This document shows, piece after piece, positions 1-18,600 of a stretch of 64,000 nucleotides of DNA. Origin of the DNA: the human T2T-CHM13v2.0 reference genome, Homo sapiens. Within the stretch, counting starts at the first letter, position 1, and each line of letters begins with the position of its first letter. The notes beneath the pieces were generated by a model, which was not told the DNA's origin, did not search any database, and saw only the letters and a program-made list of their open reading frames with translations. Both the position numbers and the translations under genes were made by a program. The stretch is taken from assembly GCF_009914755.1 (NCBI RefSeq), contig NC_060936.1; one strand, written 5' to 3'.

Positions 1-1243
1 ACAAAAAAAATCTGGCCTTTGATGGAGGGCATGGGGGAGGGGGGAAGTTTGTTACTGCTGTTTTGTTTTGTTTCAAGTAAAAGATGTTATACTACCTGTG
101 GAACAAAGAGGCACAGCCACCAATGGGAAAGGATTGGTTATTAACTACGGCAGAAACAGACCTACAGAAAAGATCACTAGTCACACACCATAGCTTTATT
201 TAACAACCCCTCTTTTATAGAAAAGAATACAATTAATTTTGACATTAGTCCAAATGTTATTATTTGTGTGGTTAATTGTCACCTATTTATGGTTTTGAAA
301 AAGATTGGTCTGTGAATACAAAGACTCTTGGGCTCCTGGTCTCTGCCATGAACTACTAACCTCTTGGGGAAATTGGCCTCAGTTTCCTCATCTGTTAAGA
401 AGCACAAGTTAAAATAGATGATCTCTAAAACGTTTTCCAGCCTTAAATGCTATGACTATTTTAGTCCATATTAATTTCCTATTAATGAAACCAACCTGTA
501 AGTGTATTTTCAGCTAGACCACCCACCAAATCAAACTAAATTGGAATGTCTTTACATGTGCCAGTATTCTAGGTGCCATATTAAATTAAAACAGAGTTCT
601 TTCTCCAGCATTTAACATTTTCAAAAATTGTTTGTAGACTTAAGGGAAAAGTGAGTTATGAGATTTGTGAAAAAAGCTCTACAATGGGACAATCTTTTTT
701 TTTTTTTAAGTCCAAAGACTAAAAGAAGCTTAGTTGAGGTGGCAGATGGGGAACACACCTAAACATACAAACAACCTTTTGGTACCACCTGCCTTGCATT
801 GATACAGAGTGAGGGTAAGCTTGTCTATTTTTTTTTTTTTTAATACAACTGCCTTCCAATAAGAAACTTGGAGGGATTCTCCAAATATAAAATGCAACAG
901 GATGGAAACATAAAACCAGATCCAACTCACCTGAATTTTCAAATAAAGAACAAAAGCCTTCATTTAACAAACAGAAAATATTTTATTTTTTTACTTTTCA
1001 TTTTTCTTTTCAGTAGTGGTACTTCTTGCTATAGAAAATATTTTAAAGCAGCAGTCTGCAAACTTTTTCTTAAAAGGCCAAATTTTAATTTAGGCTTTGC
1101 TGATTATACAAGAATCTCTGTCACAACTATTCAGTTCTGCCTTTGTAGCACAAATTATTCACAGACAATTCATGGACATGTGGACATGGCTTTGTGCCAA
1201 TAAAACTTTTTTACAAAAACAAAGGGCCAGCCCATTTGCATAC

Positions 1244-1653
1244 TATCTTAGTCTATTTTCTGTTGCTATAACAGAATACCTGAGACTGGATAATTTATAA
1301 AGAAAAGTGATTTACTTAGCTCAGAGTTCTGGAGGCTGGAAAGTCCAAGATCAGGTTAGCGCATCTGGTGAGGGCCTCTTGCTGCTCCATAGCATGGCAG
1401 AAAAGAGGACGGGCAAGTGAGCCTGTGTACAAAGAGGTGGGCTAGCTTTATAACAACCTGCTTTTGCAGTAATTAATCCAGTCTCAGGAGAGGGAAAACT
1501 CACTCACTCGAGAATTAACTCAGCCCCTCGAGAACAGCATTAATCCCACTTAATGACCTAGTCACCTTTTCAATGCCCCACATCCCAACACTAGCAAACT
1601 GGGGACAAAATTCCCAACACATGAATTCTGAGGGACTCACTCAAACCATAGCA
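1244..1653 (-). mobile_element. MaLR solo LTR (MST/MLT1A-like), next to a MER58-like hAT relic (about 1050..1240)
   Basis: ttagtctattttctgttgctataacagaatacctgagactgg ... caaaccatagca, typical MaLR termini. Confidence 0.7.
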
Positions 1654-2079
1654 CCTACACCTGTTGTAAAGCATTTTTTCAGTTCACATTGAATCCAGTT
1701 ATTAGAAGATAAGGGTGAAAAGGAAGAGTAAGAAAAACATAATGAGTGGAAAGACTGAGGTGTATGGGAGGAATGAGTGGGAGGGAGATAGAGAGAAAAT
1801 GCAAGAAGAGTAGTGACTTGAGCCCAAGGAGGAAATTAGAGTTAATACTCACACGGAAGAGGCCAATGCAGAAAGAAAAAAAAAAAAAGAGGGAAATGAA
1901 GAGGAAGAAAGAGAAAAAGTGATAAAGAGAAACAGCACAGAAGCATGAAACCTGTTTCTATTATTGTCATTGGGCCACAAAGAAAAATGCTAGGGGTTAT
2001 TTATAAACAAAAAGCACTTATAACTAAATTTGGTGTTTTTTTTTTTTAATGTTTGACTTGCAGCCTTAAATCTTTTATT

Positions 2080-2355
2080 GTGCAATGGCTTCTATCTGTA
2101 ATTCCAGTACTTTGAGAGGCCATGGCAGGAGGATCACTGGAGCCCAGGCACCTTGGGCAACATCGCAAGACTCCGTCTCTACAAAAAAATGAAAAAAATT
2201 AGCCAGGTATGGCGTCATGCCCCTGTGGTCCCAGCTAGTCAGGAGGCTGAGGTGGGAGGATCACTTGAGCCTGGGAGGTCAAGACTGTAGAGGGCTGTGA
2301 TTATGCCACTGCACTCCAGTCTGGGTGACGGAGTGAGCCCCTGTCTCAAAAAAAA
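2080..2355 (+). mobile_element. Alu (J-like)
   Basis: Dimeric Alu sequence with A tail. Confidence 0.85.
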
Positions 2356-4076
2356 TCAATCAAGATTTATTTTTTTTAAAAAATTTAAAAACCTATAAGA
2401 AAAACAGACTGAAGGAGAAAGGCTAAAAGTAAAGGAATCCAAAGAAAAGAATTTATAACAATTCCTGAAAGGAAAGCACCAAATGGGAGCAGGGGCAGGA
2501 CACAGTGACAGGCAGGAGAAAACAAAAAGCAAAGGGTCATTTTTCCTGTCCTCTCAGTCTCTGCTTCCTGGAATTCCAGGTGCCAAGTCTGATCTGCAAC
2601 TTCTAGAAATTTCCTGTTCAAAATGGCCAGTTGACACATGTCCAGCAACGGCTTGGCAGCCATCCCTCCTCAGCCCTCCACTCATCCCAAGCCCAAGTGG
2701 TCTCAGCCTACCAGTCACTTGCCTTTCCAGTAATGGCTAAATATCAAATCCCTTCCTGGCACTGTGAGTGTGTACACTGACAAGGGTGGAAAATTAAGCA
2801 TAGATCCGTTTCCTCATCCATTGGTCACACCTTAGCATTTCCTTTCAAGTAAGAATTACATGGAAAGGACCTCCAGACCTAGGGGTCCTGTAGCACTTTG
2901 GTTCTAATGACTAAAGCAGACTCTTCAGTTCTGACCTTGTAAACATCATAACCTGGGGTGTGGGTGTCAGAAAGGAGAAAAAAGGCCTCGGAGCCATTGG
3001 GAAGAATTACATTTAAGCCATCTCAATTAAATGGGCATTAATCTCTCTCCCTGCCCCTTCTATTTCTTTCTCGCATGCTCCATTTGTCCTCTAGAGACAA
3101 CTCAAACGACCTCTTTTCAATCCACACCTGGCTTTAAATAACACTCACATTCAGGAAGTTCTTTTTTACATTTAACCCAAATCCTTTCTGCTAAGTTAAT
3201 ACCTATTTCCTCAGTGGAGATTTGGAACAGCTGGTTCCCATTCTCTTTATGGCAACTCTTCTCAAAGATTCATAGGCTTATAAAGGATGTCCATACCAAC
3301 CCCACGTAAGGCATACAGCTCCCTTAAGCATTTTCCAATAATATTTTCCTATGCATTTATCAATAATCAATTGCCCAGTCTGTAGAGATCTGACTCATTG
3401 AGCAAATTTCTACAGCTCAAGGAAGACAATATCCAGTAACTCAAGGGGCAAAAGGGCCTAAAGGCAATCACTTTTTACTTGAATTATTAAATACCTGCTT
3501 TTGTGAAGACACTGCTAATTTGAAGTTTGGGACAGAACAAAGACTAAAACTGAAGCAGAGTGTGTATGTCTAAGGAAGGAAGCATGTGGGAATGACCAAT
3601 TCTTAGCCAACTGCCTACAGCTCTGCTCAAGAACATTATCTCTTTGTGAGAGCAAGGAGAGGCATTTTAGAATTTTAACAAATAGCACCCAATGTTGGTC
3701 TCTCAATAAGATTTGTAACTGTCTTCTCCTGATCACATATCTCAAACCATTTCTTCTCTAAAGCATTAAAAAAAATATATCCAGAATAATACAAAAGATG
3801 ACTTTTAGGAGCAAACAACATATGTTCTTGAACATCTGTGCTTTTCCCATGCAATTTTTTTTCCATTATTGTCAAGAGAAAACTAGTTTAGTGGAAAGTT
3901 TCTCCACAGAGGCACAAGTCTGTAATACTCCCTGTTGATTACATATAAAAGACACAAAATATTACTTTCTTAAAAGCAGCTTCAACCACTGCTGTACAAA
4001 GCAGTTCTCTGATGGAACAGATTTATGAAGTAACAGCTGAAAGGTATGCAGATCACAAGATACATGACAAATGTAC

Positions 4077-4082
4077 TTTATT
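4077..4082 (-). terminator. Candidate distal LLPH poly(A) signal (long 3' UTR)
   Basis: AATAAA on the minus strand preceded by TGTA and followed by TTTGTC/TGT-rich sequence; assignment to LLPH is inference. Confidence 0.4.
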
Positions 4083-4639
4083 ACATGGATCAGAAATACC
4101 ACATGTACTAACAGTTGCTGTACAATGATACACAACACCCAACTAAGACTATTTAAAGGTTTTGCTGATATTGAAAACTATAAAGACACAATGTGAGAGT
4201 AAGAAAGTGTTTCATAAGATAGCATAATGCCAAGACAATTCATCGCTTTAGGATATTAAATACATTCCGCATATTAAAAACTTAATGTATTATAAAGCTA
4301 TGCCATTCTTTAAATGAAAACTTGAAGGACTTTACTCCATTCATTTTTCTTTACAGGACTATTGCAGTACCATTCATTGTTTAAAGCAGATGTTTATAAC
4401 ATTTTTCCATACTTTAAAGTGGAACTTAATGGAACGAATACCAGACCTAACATTAACAAAATTAAAGAGATTTCATATTTTATTTCCACCAAAAAGATAC
4501 TTAAGTCTACAGTTATGTAGTACCAAAAAACTATGTAGAGCAAAACAAGCATGATACATTTCAAACATGACAATTTATTACGAGGCATTTTTTTTTGGCT
4601 GAAAAGAACTTTAACAGCTTTCAACCCAAATTCCAAGAA

Positions 4640-6415
<1,776 letters not shown>

Positions 6416-8770
6416 CAGTGTTTGAATCCATTTTGCTACATTCCAACCAAATGCCTGTCCACCTTAGACTGACACCTCAAGGATCCCAAGGTGCCCATTT
6501 CAGCTCCCAAAATCTTGGTTAGAAGGCGCTTCCTTAAATCAAATAAAAGTCTGTCTCTCTGTAGCTTTCCATCATAGGTATTCATTCTATACTCTGGGAC
6601 AGGCGGCTTGCTCACTACTTAGCAGTTGCATGACTTTGGGTAAATTTAGTTAACCTTTCAAACTGTTTTCTCATCTGAAAATAGGGATAATTAAAGTATT
6701 GATCCCACAGTGTTTTAAAGATTAAATAATATACATAAAGCATTTAAGAGAGTACGCATTCTCTAAATGTTGGCTGTTGGGTTATTTTTACTGCTTGCCT
6801 ACCAAATTAAGCTTATTTGGCAACACATTGTATTTTCTCCCCTGCTCTAAAATAACTGCAAAAGACTCTTGGCATTCAACTGCGGAAAATTTAGGGTTTT
6901 GTAAGCAGGCCCAAAAGTGGCCCTGGGCCTCCTGGCTACCTGACAGTCCTCTGGAAACAGCAGAGTGACCTTTGACCTGATGTAAGTATTTAACAGTCCC
7001 ACCTCACCCCTAAACATTTCCTTGTAAAATTGGTATGTGTCTACTGCAACAGTGTTTTTATTAATACATGCAGGCAAATAGAGGGAAAAAGACATATATT
7101 TTGTGTTTAGCACAAATTTGAATCACTCTGCCAGATGGCATCAGAAGTTAGTCACTTAACTAGTAAGATTAGCCAACAGCTTAGCATCTGCATTTCTATT
7201 GTAGTATTTATAAATTTGGCAATGCCTTAGATTCCTCCCAATTTTATGTTGTGGTCAGCACTTCCCTAAATTACACATTGCTGCCCCTCACCATCACCAC
7301 CAGTCCATTTCAGATATTTGATTCAAGTCATTTATAGCTATTTTTCTTCTCCAACTCTTAAGCCATATTCCAGAAACACGGATCCAAATTTTGAAAATAT
7401 CTGAATTTCCTAATAAGCAAATATATACTGCTGCATCCTTATTTGATGTAGCATGTGAATTACATAGTGGGAAGAGATATCTACACTAATGTGACAGTAG
7501 AAAATAGGATGTGGTCAAAACCACTACTTGATTCTACCTTAGAGCTTCAACTGCAGTTTGCATTTCTTCTCTGATTAGTACCTTGGGCAACTACTGATCA
7601 TGGCCTACACCTTCCCCTTTTGGATTGGTCAGCCCATTCCTAATGAAGTGTCACCTGAGGAAATCCAGTCTGCCTTAGGCCTAGAGATTTGAGGAGGGTT
7701 CTGTACATCATTATTCTACTTAAACCTGCTCTTTATCTGATCCTGAGCCCACATGAACCCAATCTATCACAGGTTGACCCAAAAATAGGTATTCTATCCT
7801 AAAATCACCTTTCTCTCTTAGCAAGAGTTTGCACATCCTTGAGAGGCAGAATGGCATTGTAAGAGTATAGGCTCTAGAGCCACACTGCCTAAATTTGAAT
7901 CCCAGATTTCAGTTTTAGTTGTATGGCCTGTGTGCCTCAGTTTCCCCATGTGTAAACAGAGATTACATTAGTACCAAACTCAGATAACATTAGTACCAAA
8001 CTCATGAGATTGCTGGGCAGATTAAATGAGTTAATACTTGAAGCAGTTTTGATCATCTTTAAATTATATTTTGATTTCAGACTTAATTTCTTAAAACACA
8101 AAAAGTGTTACATTCAATTCCTAATGTGATTTAGCTCACTCAATCTAATTCCAAAATGATTTGGTGCTTAGCTTGAGCTCCATCTTGTGGCTTTACAGCA
8201 ATTCTCTGGAAAATGTCAGTCAAAAAGATGACAAATTTCAAAAAAATAAGCTAATTATTTAAAAGATAAAAGGACTATGCTATACTTCTCGATTTGTAAT
8301 CTTTAAAAATAAAGTGCCAAAGATGTGACCATACCCCTGCACTAATTTTGAAATGCTAGTCTAAATTTCCTGCCAATATTTGGAGGTGGGGAGAATCTTG
8401 CTGGTAGTGTTCAGGAACTCAGTGCCTTAGAGGGTACTGACAACACTGTGTCAGTAAACTTCTCTTCAGCAGTCGCCTTTCCAGAGGCCATGTGACACTT
8501 GAGAACATGATTCCCAAATATGTTTTCTGGTAATGGTGCTTTGATTTTTGATTTTGTTAACTTTCAAGTTAAATCCTGAATGGACAAACTTCATGACTGG
8601 ACACAATGAAGTGAAAATCCTAACATCAGAGAGGCTCTGGATGAAAGCTCAAAGCTACTATCAACAGAATCAAATTAGAGGTTATCAGCCACAGAAAACA
8701 TGAACATAACCCTGGCATTGGTCTCTACCTGACAATGCTGCCAAAATGTAAATAAGTGCCAACTGTGTAA

Positions 8771-9419
<649 letters not shown>

Positions 9420-10590
9420 TCAGCTACTGTATTTAGGCTGATATTGTCAGTGGCTTAACTGGTTGTTTGCAATTTTTTTTATTTTATGAATAAAAATGTA
9501 CATATTCACTTTTCCCTCACAAATGCTAGTGTTATTCATACCTACACCAAAGGCAACAAAGATCATGAATGACATCTTTCAATTCATATCTTTCTTAGCT
9601 GTTAAGAAATTTTAAGCATTTAAAGTTATCTACCAACTTTTCAATAAACTATTGAGAAAAATAAGAAAAGTCTACTATATTTAAACAATTCCAAGAGTTT
9701 ACTGGCATCAAATTTTATAAGCTTAAATTTTCTGAAACATTTGGGTCATGTCCTCTTTATTACAATACATGTCCATGTATTGTGCCCCAATTTAGCAGTG
9801 TGCCTGGCACAAAGTTTGTGACCTCATGACCAAGTGGCCTTATTCTATTTCACATTTTACTTGAGTTCTCCTGGGAAGTTAACATCTTCTTCTAAACAGA
9901 TACACAGCTCTCAGCCCTATGAGAGCAGAAATCTTATCTTATTCAATCTGTCCCAAGCATCTGGAAAGTCCCTGGCCCACATACTAGGCACTCAGTAAGT
10001 ATTTGGTTGTTCCAGTTAACATATGAGATGGTTAATCTGATTATAGTGAAATTCAGAGGGAATGCTAAGTTTAGATTGCTTAACTAAAAGTAAAATAAAA
10101 ATGAATTTAGCAAACTGTAGTAAGACAGATTTAACTAAAAATCATTTCTCAGAAAACTAGTTTCAAAGAGTAGACGCTAAACAGGTTTCTTTGCTGCTGG
10201 AACCCTGTAGGACTATTCTAATCCTAAACTAAAATCTTTTGTAAATCTTCAAGTATGTAGCATTTCCCAAATCGATGTGAACACAATTTATTTTTTTTAA
10301 CCAAGCATCCAGAGGAAACTGATACTGAAGAACACACTCCGGGGAATGCTGCATGATACTATATTAGGCCACACAATATTAACACTAAAGAACATTAAAT
10401 CAGTTTCCATGAAAAACCTGAAATGTTCTAATTTCCTAAAAAGCATACTGATTTGTATATGTTAATATTCTACCTAAAATTAAGATAAGAAAACATTTAA
10501 TTGAAATCTGGTCTTCTCTAGGACTAAAAAACCTTAAGCATACATGAAAGAAAAAAAAATCAGACTTGAAGATCTACACACAAAATATCT

Positions 10591-10596
10591 TTTATT
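10591..10596 (-). terminator. LLPH proximal poly(A) signal AATAAA
   Basis: tttatt on + strand about 750 nt past the stop, followed on the minus strand by GT/T-rich sequence. Confidence 0.6.
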
Positions 10597-10631
10597 CTGT
10601 GGAATCAAAGCTCCACACAAGTACTTTATAA

Positions 10632-10930
<299 letters not shown>

Positions 10931-11345
10931 CTAATGTAGTATTTTTAAATGATATGATTATACAACAACTTTCTTTAAAATCTAAGTTCACAAAAATTTG
11001 TCAGTACATCATCTGTTTTATCTCTATTGACTATAATTACCAGTTGTAAGAACAATTCTAACCATATTAATACCTGACAGAACGTTGAGGCCTGATTATA
11101 ACTGGATATTGGGTAGCATCCAGTTAAAGTATCAGTAGAGCTTGGATGTATCAAAGAAAATATTTTATTCAAGTTCCCAAAACAAACTTGAGGAGTTATG
11201 CTGGGTTTGAATTGAAGAAAAAAGGCCAAGTTAAAATAGGAAAACAAATGGTTTTCATTTGGTGGCAGTTGAAATCAAAGTATACATGTGTATACATTCT
11301 AATCCGTCATCTATCCCATGTGGCATTTTCCAAGGTTTTAAGAGT

Positions 11346-11524
11346 CTACCAGGCCAAACCCTTTGCCACTTTCACTGCTTTTGCTTTGCTTTTCCCCTTT
11401 CTTTTCTCTCGCTTTGCCTTCAGCCTTTTTCTTTGCCTTTGGTTCATCCATATTGGGTACTGTCCATGCTGGTCTAGAAGAGTCTTTTTGTTTCTCTTAA
11501 TATCAGTCTCCATTTTCATGTCAT
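11346..11524 (-). CDS. LLPH: LLPH coding part of exon 3
   Basis: TTTTTATGCAG| acceptor; (D)[58 protein letters not shown] then TAG; 211+179 = 390 nt, 129 aa. Confidence 0.97.
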
Positions 11525-12414
11525 CTGCATAAAAAGATGGAAAAACTATTAACACCATGTATGAAAAAAACCACCCTGTGAAAGCATATTAATGCACTGA
11601 GAACATCAGAACATTAGAACTGAAGGTAGACCGAAAATAGAGAAGAAAAAAACTTTATAAAGAATGTTGGCATGACTGTCCTTCCTTAGAATAGTAATGT
11701 TAAATAGGAAACATTTAGGATGCATGGCTCTGAGTTAGTACATTAGTAGATATATGGTTCTGAGCACATGTGAGTTACAACAACATTTCTCATATTAAGT
11801 GATTCCTTGAGTTCAGTAAGCATACCTACACTTCTAAGGGATACACCTTAGATGTAATGAACTGATTAGGAATGACTGGCCATTTCTTAAGAACTTGAAC
11901 TAAATTATAATGAACTGAGAACGAACTTCTAATGAACTCGATGGAGTAGTCAGCAGCAGGGTTGTAATGGCAGAGACAGGCACTCAACAGAGAAGACCTG
12001 GACACATCCTGGGGCTGGCATACTTTTCCTAGCTAGGTAACACCCAGAGATCCAGCTCTACTGATAGGAGACTTGGCAGGAAGCTCAGTGCAAACATGCT
12101 GTGGTACACCTATCACCTTCTCCACTGTGAAGGACATGCTCAGAGTCCCTCACTGGGACCTCCTTATCAGGATACACAAAGTCTTCTATTATCTCGACTA
12201 CCTGGCATTATATTAGATATTTGCCATTGTTTCCACAGTATCTAGAATAGTGTCTGGTATATAACAGCCACTCAATAACTAGGTGTTGAATGATTATTTT
12301 AGGTGCTGTTCTAGTTTATGGGGATATAGTGGTCCATATGAACTCCTAGCCCTCACGGAGTTTACAGTGTTCTGTTGACGGGAGAATAACACAGCAAACA
12401 GAAAGAAAACCTCA

Positions 12415-12587
12415 GCCAGGTATAGTATCTATAGGCATTTGTAGTCTCAGCTATTCGGGAGACTGGGGTGGGAGGATCATTTGAGGCCAGGAGTTCAAGG
12501 ATGTTGTGGGCTTGGTCACGCCTGTGAACAGCCACTATACTCCAGCCTGGGCAACAAAGTGAGATCCTGTCTCCCCGCAAAAAAAAG
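12415..12587 (+). mobile_element. Alu monomer (FLAM/FRAM-like) within L2-like sequence
   Basis: Single Alu arm with A tail. Confidence 0.75.
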
Positions 12588-13548
12588 AACTGGTAGGCGC
12601 TGGTAAGAACATGTTAAGATAATGAGGTTTTTAAGCATGGCAGTGATATAAACTGATTTACCTTCTGAAAAGATCACACTGGTGGATATGTAGAAGATAA
12701 ATGAGAAGGGAACAAGAGCGGAAGAGAGAAGTAAAAAGGCTCCTATAATAGTACAGGCAAGAGATGACGGCCTTCTGAATCAAGGTGAAAGCAGGAAAAA
12801 AATGGATACAGATTTCTAATGTATTTTTGGGACAATCAGTAAGACTTGCTAATGGTTTAGATGTGGGGAATAAAGGAAAGAGGAATCAAGGATGACTACT
12901 AGGTTTATGGCTTAAGAAATCAGGCAGGCAGTTGAAAGAGTAGAAATAAGGAAAAACATGAACTTGAGGGTAGAGATGAGAGCCAAATTGATAACAAATA
13001 GATTACTAAATGGGGAGACTCCCTCAGTCTCAGTCTCACCACCCTTTAGCTCCTAAAATATCTAAGAATAAGGGCATCCAGAATTCCCCAGGCAGGACAT
13101 AAGATAATTTCTCTCTGGGGATGATGAGGAAAAAAAAAGACTTAACAGATTCTGATACAGGAGATCTCCGAATAAAACCTCCTGGAGCCATTCCAAATCT
13201 TCTATACATCTAGCAGTTGACAGACCCTCTCCCACACCTTGTCTCCCTCCAGCTTCCAATCATCATTGTAGTGCCACACTTTTAAATACAAACAATGACC
13301 ACTGATCACCAGACATTTGAGAAAAGCTTCTAATATGAAAGAAAGAGACAAAAGTAAAGGAATGGAAGGGCTTGGGAGGGAATTCCAAGAGGAAAGACAG
13401 ATAATACATACCATAAATAAAAATTTCAAAAGCAAATTGTAATTAATACCCTTAGGAGAAGATATATGCCCATTAAGAACACAGAGTTGATGACTCAAGG
13501 GGCATTTACAAAACACAAAGAACACAAAGCTATGAAAAAGGAACAGTA

Positions 13549-13862
<314 letters not shown>

Positions 13863-13999
13863 TTAGAAATTAAAAATATAAGAGAAAACCAAGTAATAAG
13901 AACCAGAATTCAAGGTCAAGGAAATTAGAGGGTATAACAAAATAAATAGAAAACAGGAGAGAAAAGAAAACAGGATCAATCCAAAAGAATCAAGAGTGG

Positions 14000-15190
<1,191 letters not shown>

Positions 15191-16203
15191 AAAGAACCAA
15201 TAGGGAGGGGTGATGTGTGTGTGAGGAAATGAAAACAGCAAGTGAAGGCAAGTGTTTCAAAAAGTTTCAAGGACAGCTGAAATAAAGCAGCAGATTGAGA
15301 GAACTTGAGATCAAGGGAGAAATTTTTCTTTCTTTCTTTTGACATTGAACATCCCAGAACACATCTATGCTGTTGGCAATGACCCAGTGGAGGAGACTGA
15401 TAAGGCAGATGCATGAGTACAACCCCTGAGAATGTTAACGGTGGAGAGGATTCAGAACACAAGTGGAGAAACTGGCCTTGGAGAGAACATTAATAAAAAA
15501 GGGAAAACAGACTATACAACATTTGAATTCTTATAGACTTGGGTAGTGGAAAGATGAGGATATTTCTTGGTTGGCCCCTTTTTCTCACAGAAGTTGAAGT
15601 AAAATGCTTTTTGTAATTTTTATTCATACAGAGTGGGAGAAGGATGAAATGGGAAGAAGAAAAAGTTAAAAACAGCCATTTTTAAAGGGAAAAAACCCCC
15701 TAAGGTTGGGAGATTGAGAAATACTGCTCTTTTCCTTGGGCATAAGACATCAAATACATGTATTTCTATTTTAAAGTCTGGGTATTGCAAATACTTAATT
15801 TAGTTTGCTGCCAAATTGGTGCATTAAATGTGCAAAAAGCAGCATTATATATATATCCTCCAACTTCATGATTAAGACACAAAGGTTCCTAGAATCTGTC
15901 AAAATGAAATAGTGAAACCCTGTGATTTTCAGGATAATAGTATAAGGGCATAGGACTCATAGAATGGGAATTAGATCTTACAAAGAGTAAAATGAAGACC
16001 TATGCTGCCTAGGCCCTGAGTGAACTGTGTACCCTTCCAACCAGAGTATGCCTAGATTTGTCTACTCCTGTAGAACTGTTTATTCCTGAGACATGGAGGC
16101 TATTGTATAAGCACCAAAGACCCACTCTAAATAATCCAAAACATATGTATATACATGAACAGGCTTGACAGAATTTTTTTTGTTTTTAAATGAAGCGCAG
16201 AGG

Positions 16204-16386
16204 GGCTGGGCACTGTGGTTCATGCCTGTAACCCAGTGCTTTGGAAGGCTGAGGTGGGAAGAATCCGCTTCAGCTCAGGAATTCAAGGCTGCAGGAAGCT
16301 ATAATCACACCACTGCACTCTAGCCTAGGTGACAGAGGAAGGAGACCCTGCCTCAAAAAAAAAAAAAAAAAAAGAGAAAGAAAAAG
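16204..16386 (+). mobile_element. Alu monomer just downstream of the LLPH exon 2 donor
   Basis: Single arm plus A tail ending about 15 nt from the donor. Confidence 0.8.
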
Positions 16387-16401
16387 GAGAAGCACACTCA
16401 C

Positions 16402-16612
16402 CTTTTTCATCTTTTACCTCACATTGCATTTTCTCTTGGCAATGTTTGGGTTTGGGTACCACCACAGTTGCTATCTCTTGAACATCTTTCATTAAAACAT
16501 CACCGTCTAGTTTGAGAATACTTTTAAGCCTGCTGGCCTCCTTTGGGGCATTCTTTTTTCTCTTTTCAGCACGCATCTTTCTTTTCCACTTACTCCGTAA
16601 GCTTTTAGCCAT
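16402..16612 (-). CDS. LLPH: LLPH (LLP homolog, basic nucleolar protein) coding part of exon 2
   Basis: [33 protein letters not shown]...; exon 16402..16619 with CTTCAG| acceptor and AAG|GTGAGT donor; 211 coding nt. Confidence 0.97.
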
Positions 16613-16766
16613 GTTTTACCTGAAGTTAACAAAAACACACATTCAAAAGCAAATCTTTAATATAAAAAAGAAAACAGGCAAATCCTTAGAAAACCAGGCC
16701 AACAGGTATCTCTACAAAACAAGTGAAAAGTAAAACTCTTCAATCTGTTCACTTTTTAGGACTTAA

Positions 16767-17190
<424 letters not shown>

Positions 17191-17929
17191 GAATTTCTTT
17201 ACAAAATACAGAAATTTAATTTCCCCAGAATGCAACAGCGTCATCACCTTACATTTATGCAACAGCTTACAAATTACAAATGATTTTTATAAACACTTCA
17301 CCTCATCTTCATTATCCATCCTCTCAAGCCAACTTAACGACTGTAAACTTATCTATTCCTACTCTTGTTTTCTTTCCACTCAGTTCCGCCCTAAATCCTC
17401 CACAAGGTGCTCAGTGTGATCTTTTAAAAAAGCATTCACTGCCTTTCTTCGAGTTCTTTAAAGACCTCCTCCCTCATATATATTCAAGATCTACAAGGTC
17501 ATTTGTGATCTGTCCCCTGCCTCCTTCAACTCTATTTCATTTCATTCTCCATCCCCATCCCCGCAGGCACCAACTACGTCTGTAAAGAGTCCAAACTATC
17601 TCTACGTCAGTGCCTTCATATTTGCTGTCCCTATGCCTGGCAACTGCTCTTCTCAAGGCTTGCTCCTTCATTCGCTACCTCAGAAAGGACTCCTCTGACC
17701 TCCGTAAGCTCCCTTCCCTGCTTATTAAGTGTTACAACCTGAAACCATTGTTTTCTGTCACGCCCCCCGACCCTCTCCCCAGACTGTAGACTCCACGAAG
17801 GTAGAGGGAAAGGTCTTGTTCACTGCTGAATCGCACACTTTTTGCATACTTGTTGAACGAACCACTAACATTTTTTGAACGCCGGCAATCACAGTCATTC
17901 CGCTCCCTTGTCTACATAACTCAACCCTT

Positions 17930-18600
17930 GCGAGGGGCTAGGAAAGCGGGCGGCAAACAACCTTGAGGGCCGAAGTTAACTTCAGCGGGAGTGAACGACA
18001 GGGGTGGGCTCCACTTTATCCAGTGCACTCGGAAGCCGGAGGGCCCCCACCAAAAAGAGCAAGGGGAACCCTCGCCCTCAACAAGGCCTGCATCTCCGGA
18101 CTGGAGCTCAAGTATAGCCCAGCGAGTGTCAAGAAACGAAATTCTCCAAGGGTGGCGGAATCAAGCCCCAAGTCCCATGTGTCACTGGACCGGTGAGGAA
18201 CCGAACTCACCTGAGAAACGAACACCCACACCTCACGCTCACGCCGACCGGAAGTCTTTGCACTTCCGTCTTCCGGGCGGAGGCCACCCGGGGCGGACGC
18301 ATTGCACGCCGGGAGACAAAATGTCTCAAGAAGCCTTGAGAGGCGGGATTTTGGAACCCGGGCGCTGACGAGCTTCCGCCATTGGTGTGATCGCGGACCT
18401 AGAAACTTGGTCCGTCCCATACAGGTGTAGAAGTCGGATTTGGAGAATGCTGACGGGTGTCCGGTCAAGGTTAGGCCCCAGGTAGGTCCGCTTTCCGGAC
18501 GTGGGCAGGGTAGCCCCGAGACTAACCTATGGAGTGAACCTGGCCAGGGGACCCTACTTGTCAGATAGGGAGCTCCGAGCCGACCTTTAGATCTGACCTC
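17930..18600. promoter_or_regulatory. LLPH CpG-island promoter, probably bidirectional
   Basis: CpG-rich; ETS/GABP-type sites CCGGAAGT 18248..18255, CACTTCCG 18261..18268, CTTCCGG 18270..18276; GC boxes about 18275..18296; CCGCCATTGG (YY1-like plus reverse CCAAT) about 18376..18385; no TATA. Confidence 0.85.
18211..18260 (-). other. LLPH: LLPH non-coding exon 1 (5' end approximate)
   Basis: Strong donor CAG|GTGAGT (intron begins at 18210) inside the CpG-rich region next to ETS motifs; exon 2 has only 7 nt before the ATG, so an upstream exon is needed. Confidence 0.8.

Noticed and set aside
7961-8004. 22-bp tandem duplication (similar small ones near 36121 and 46945)
   Set aside because: Ordinary slippage duplications inside old repeats with no sign of function
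11146-11532. 128-aa plus-strand ORF
   Set aside because: Antisense shadow of the Lys/Arg-rich LLPH exon 3
17963-18468. 125-150 aa ORFs at the LLPH promoter and 57255..57680 at the TMBIM4 promoter
   Set aside because: Stop-poor CpG-island sequence, non-ATG starts, no recognisable protein family
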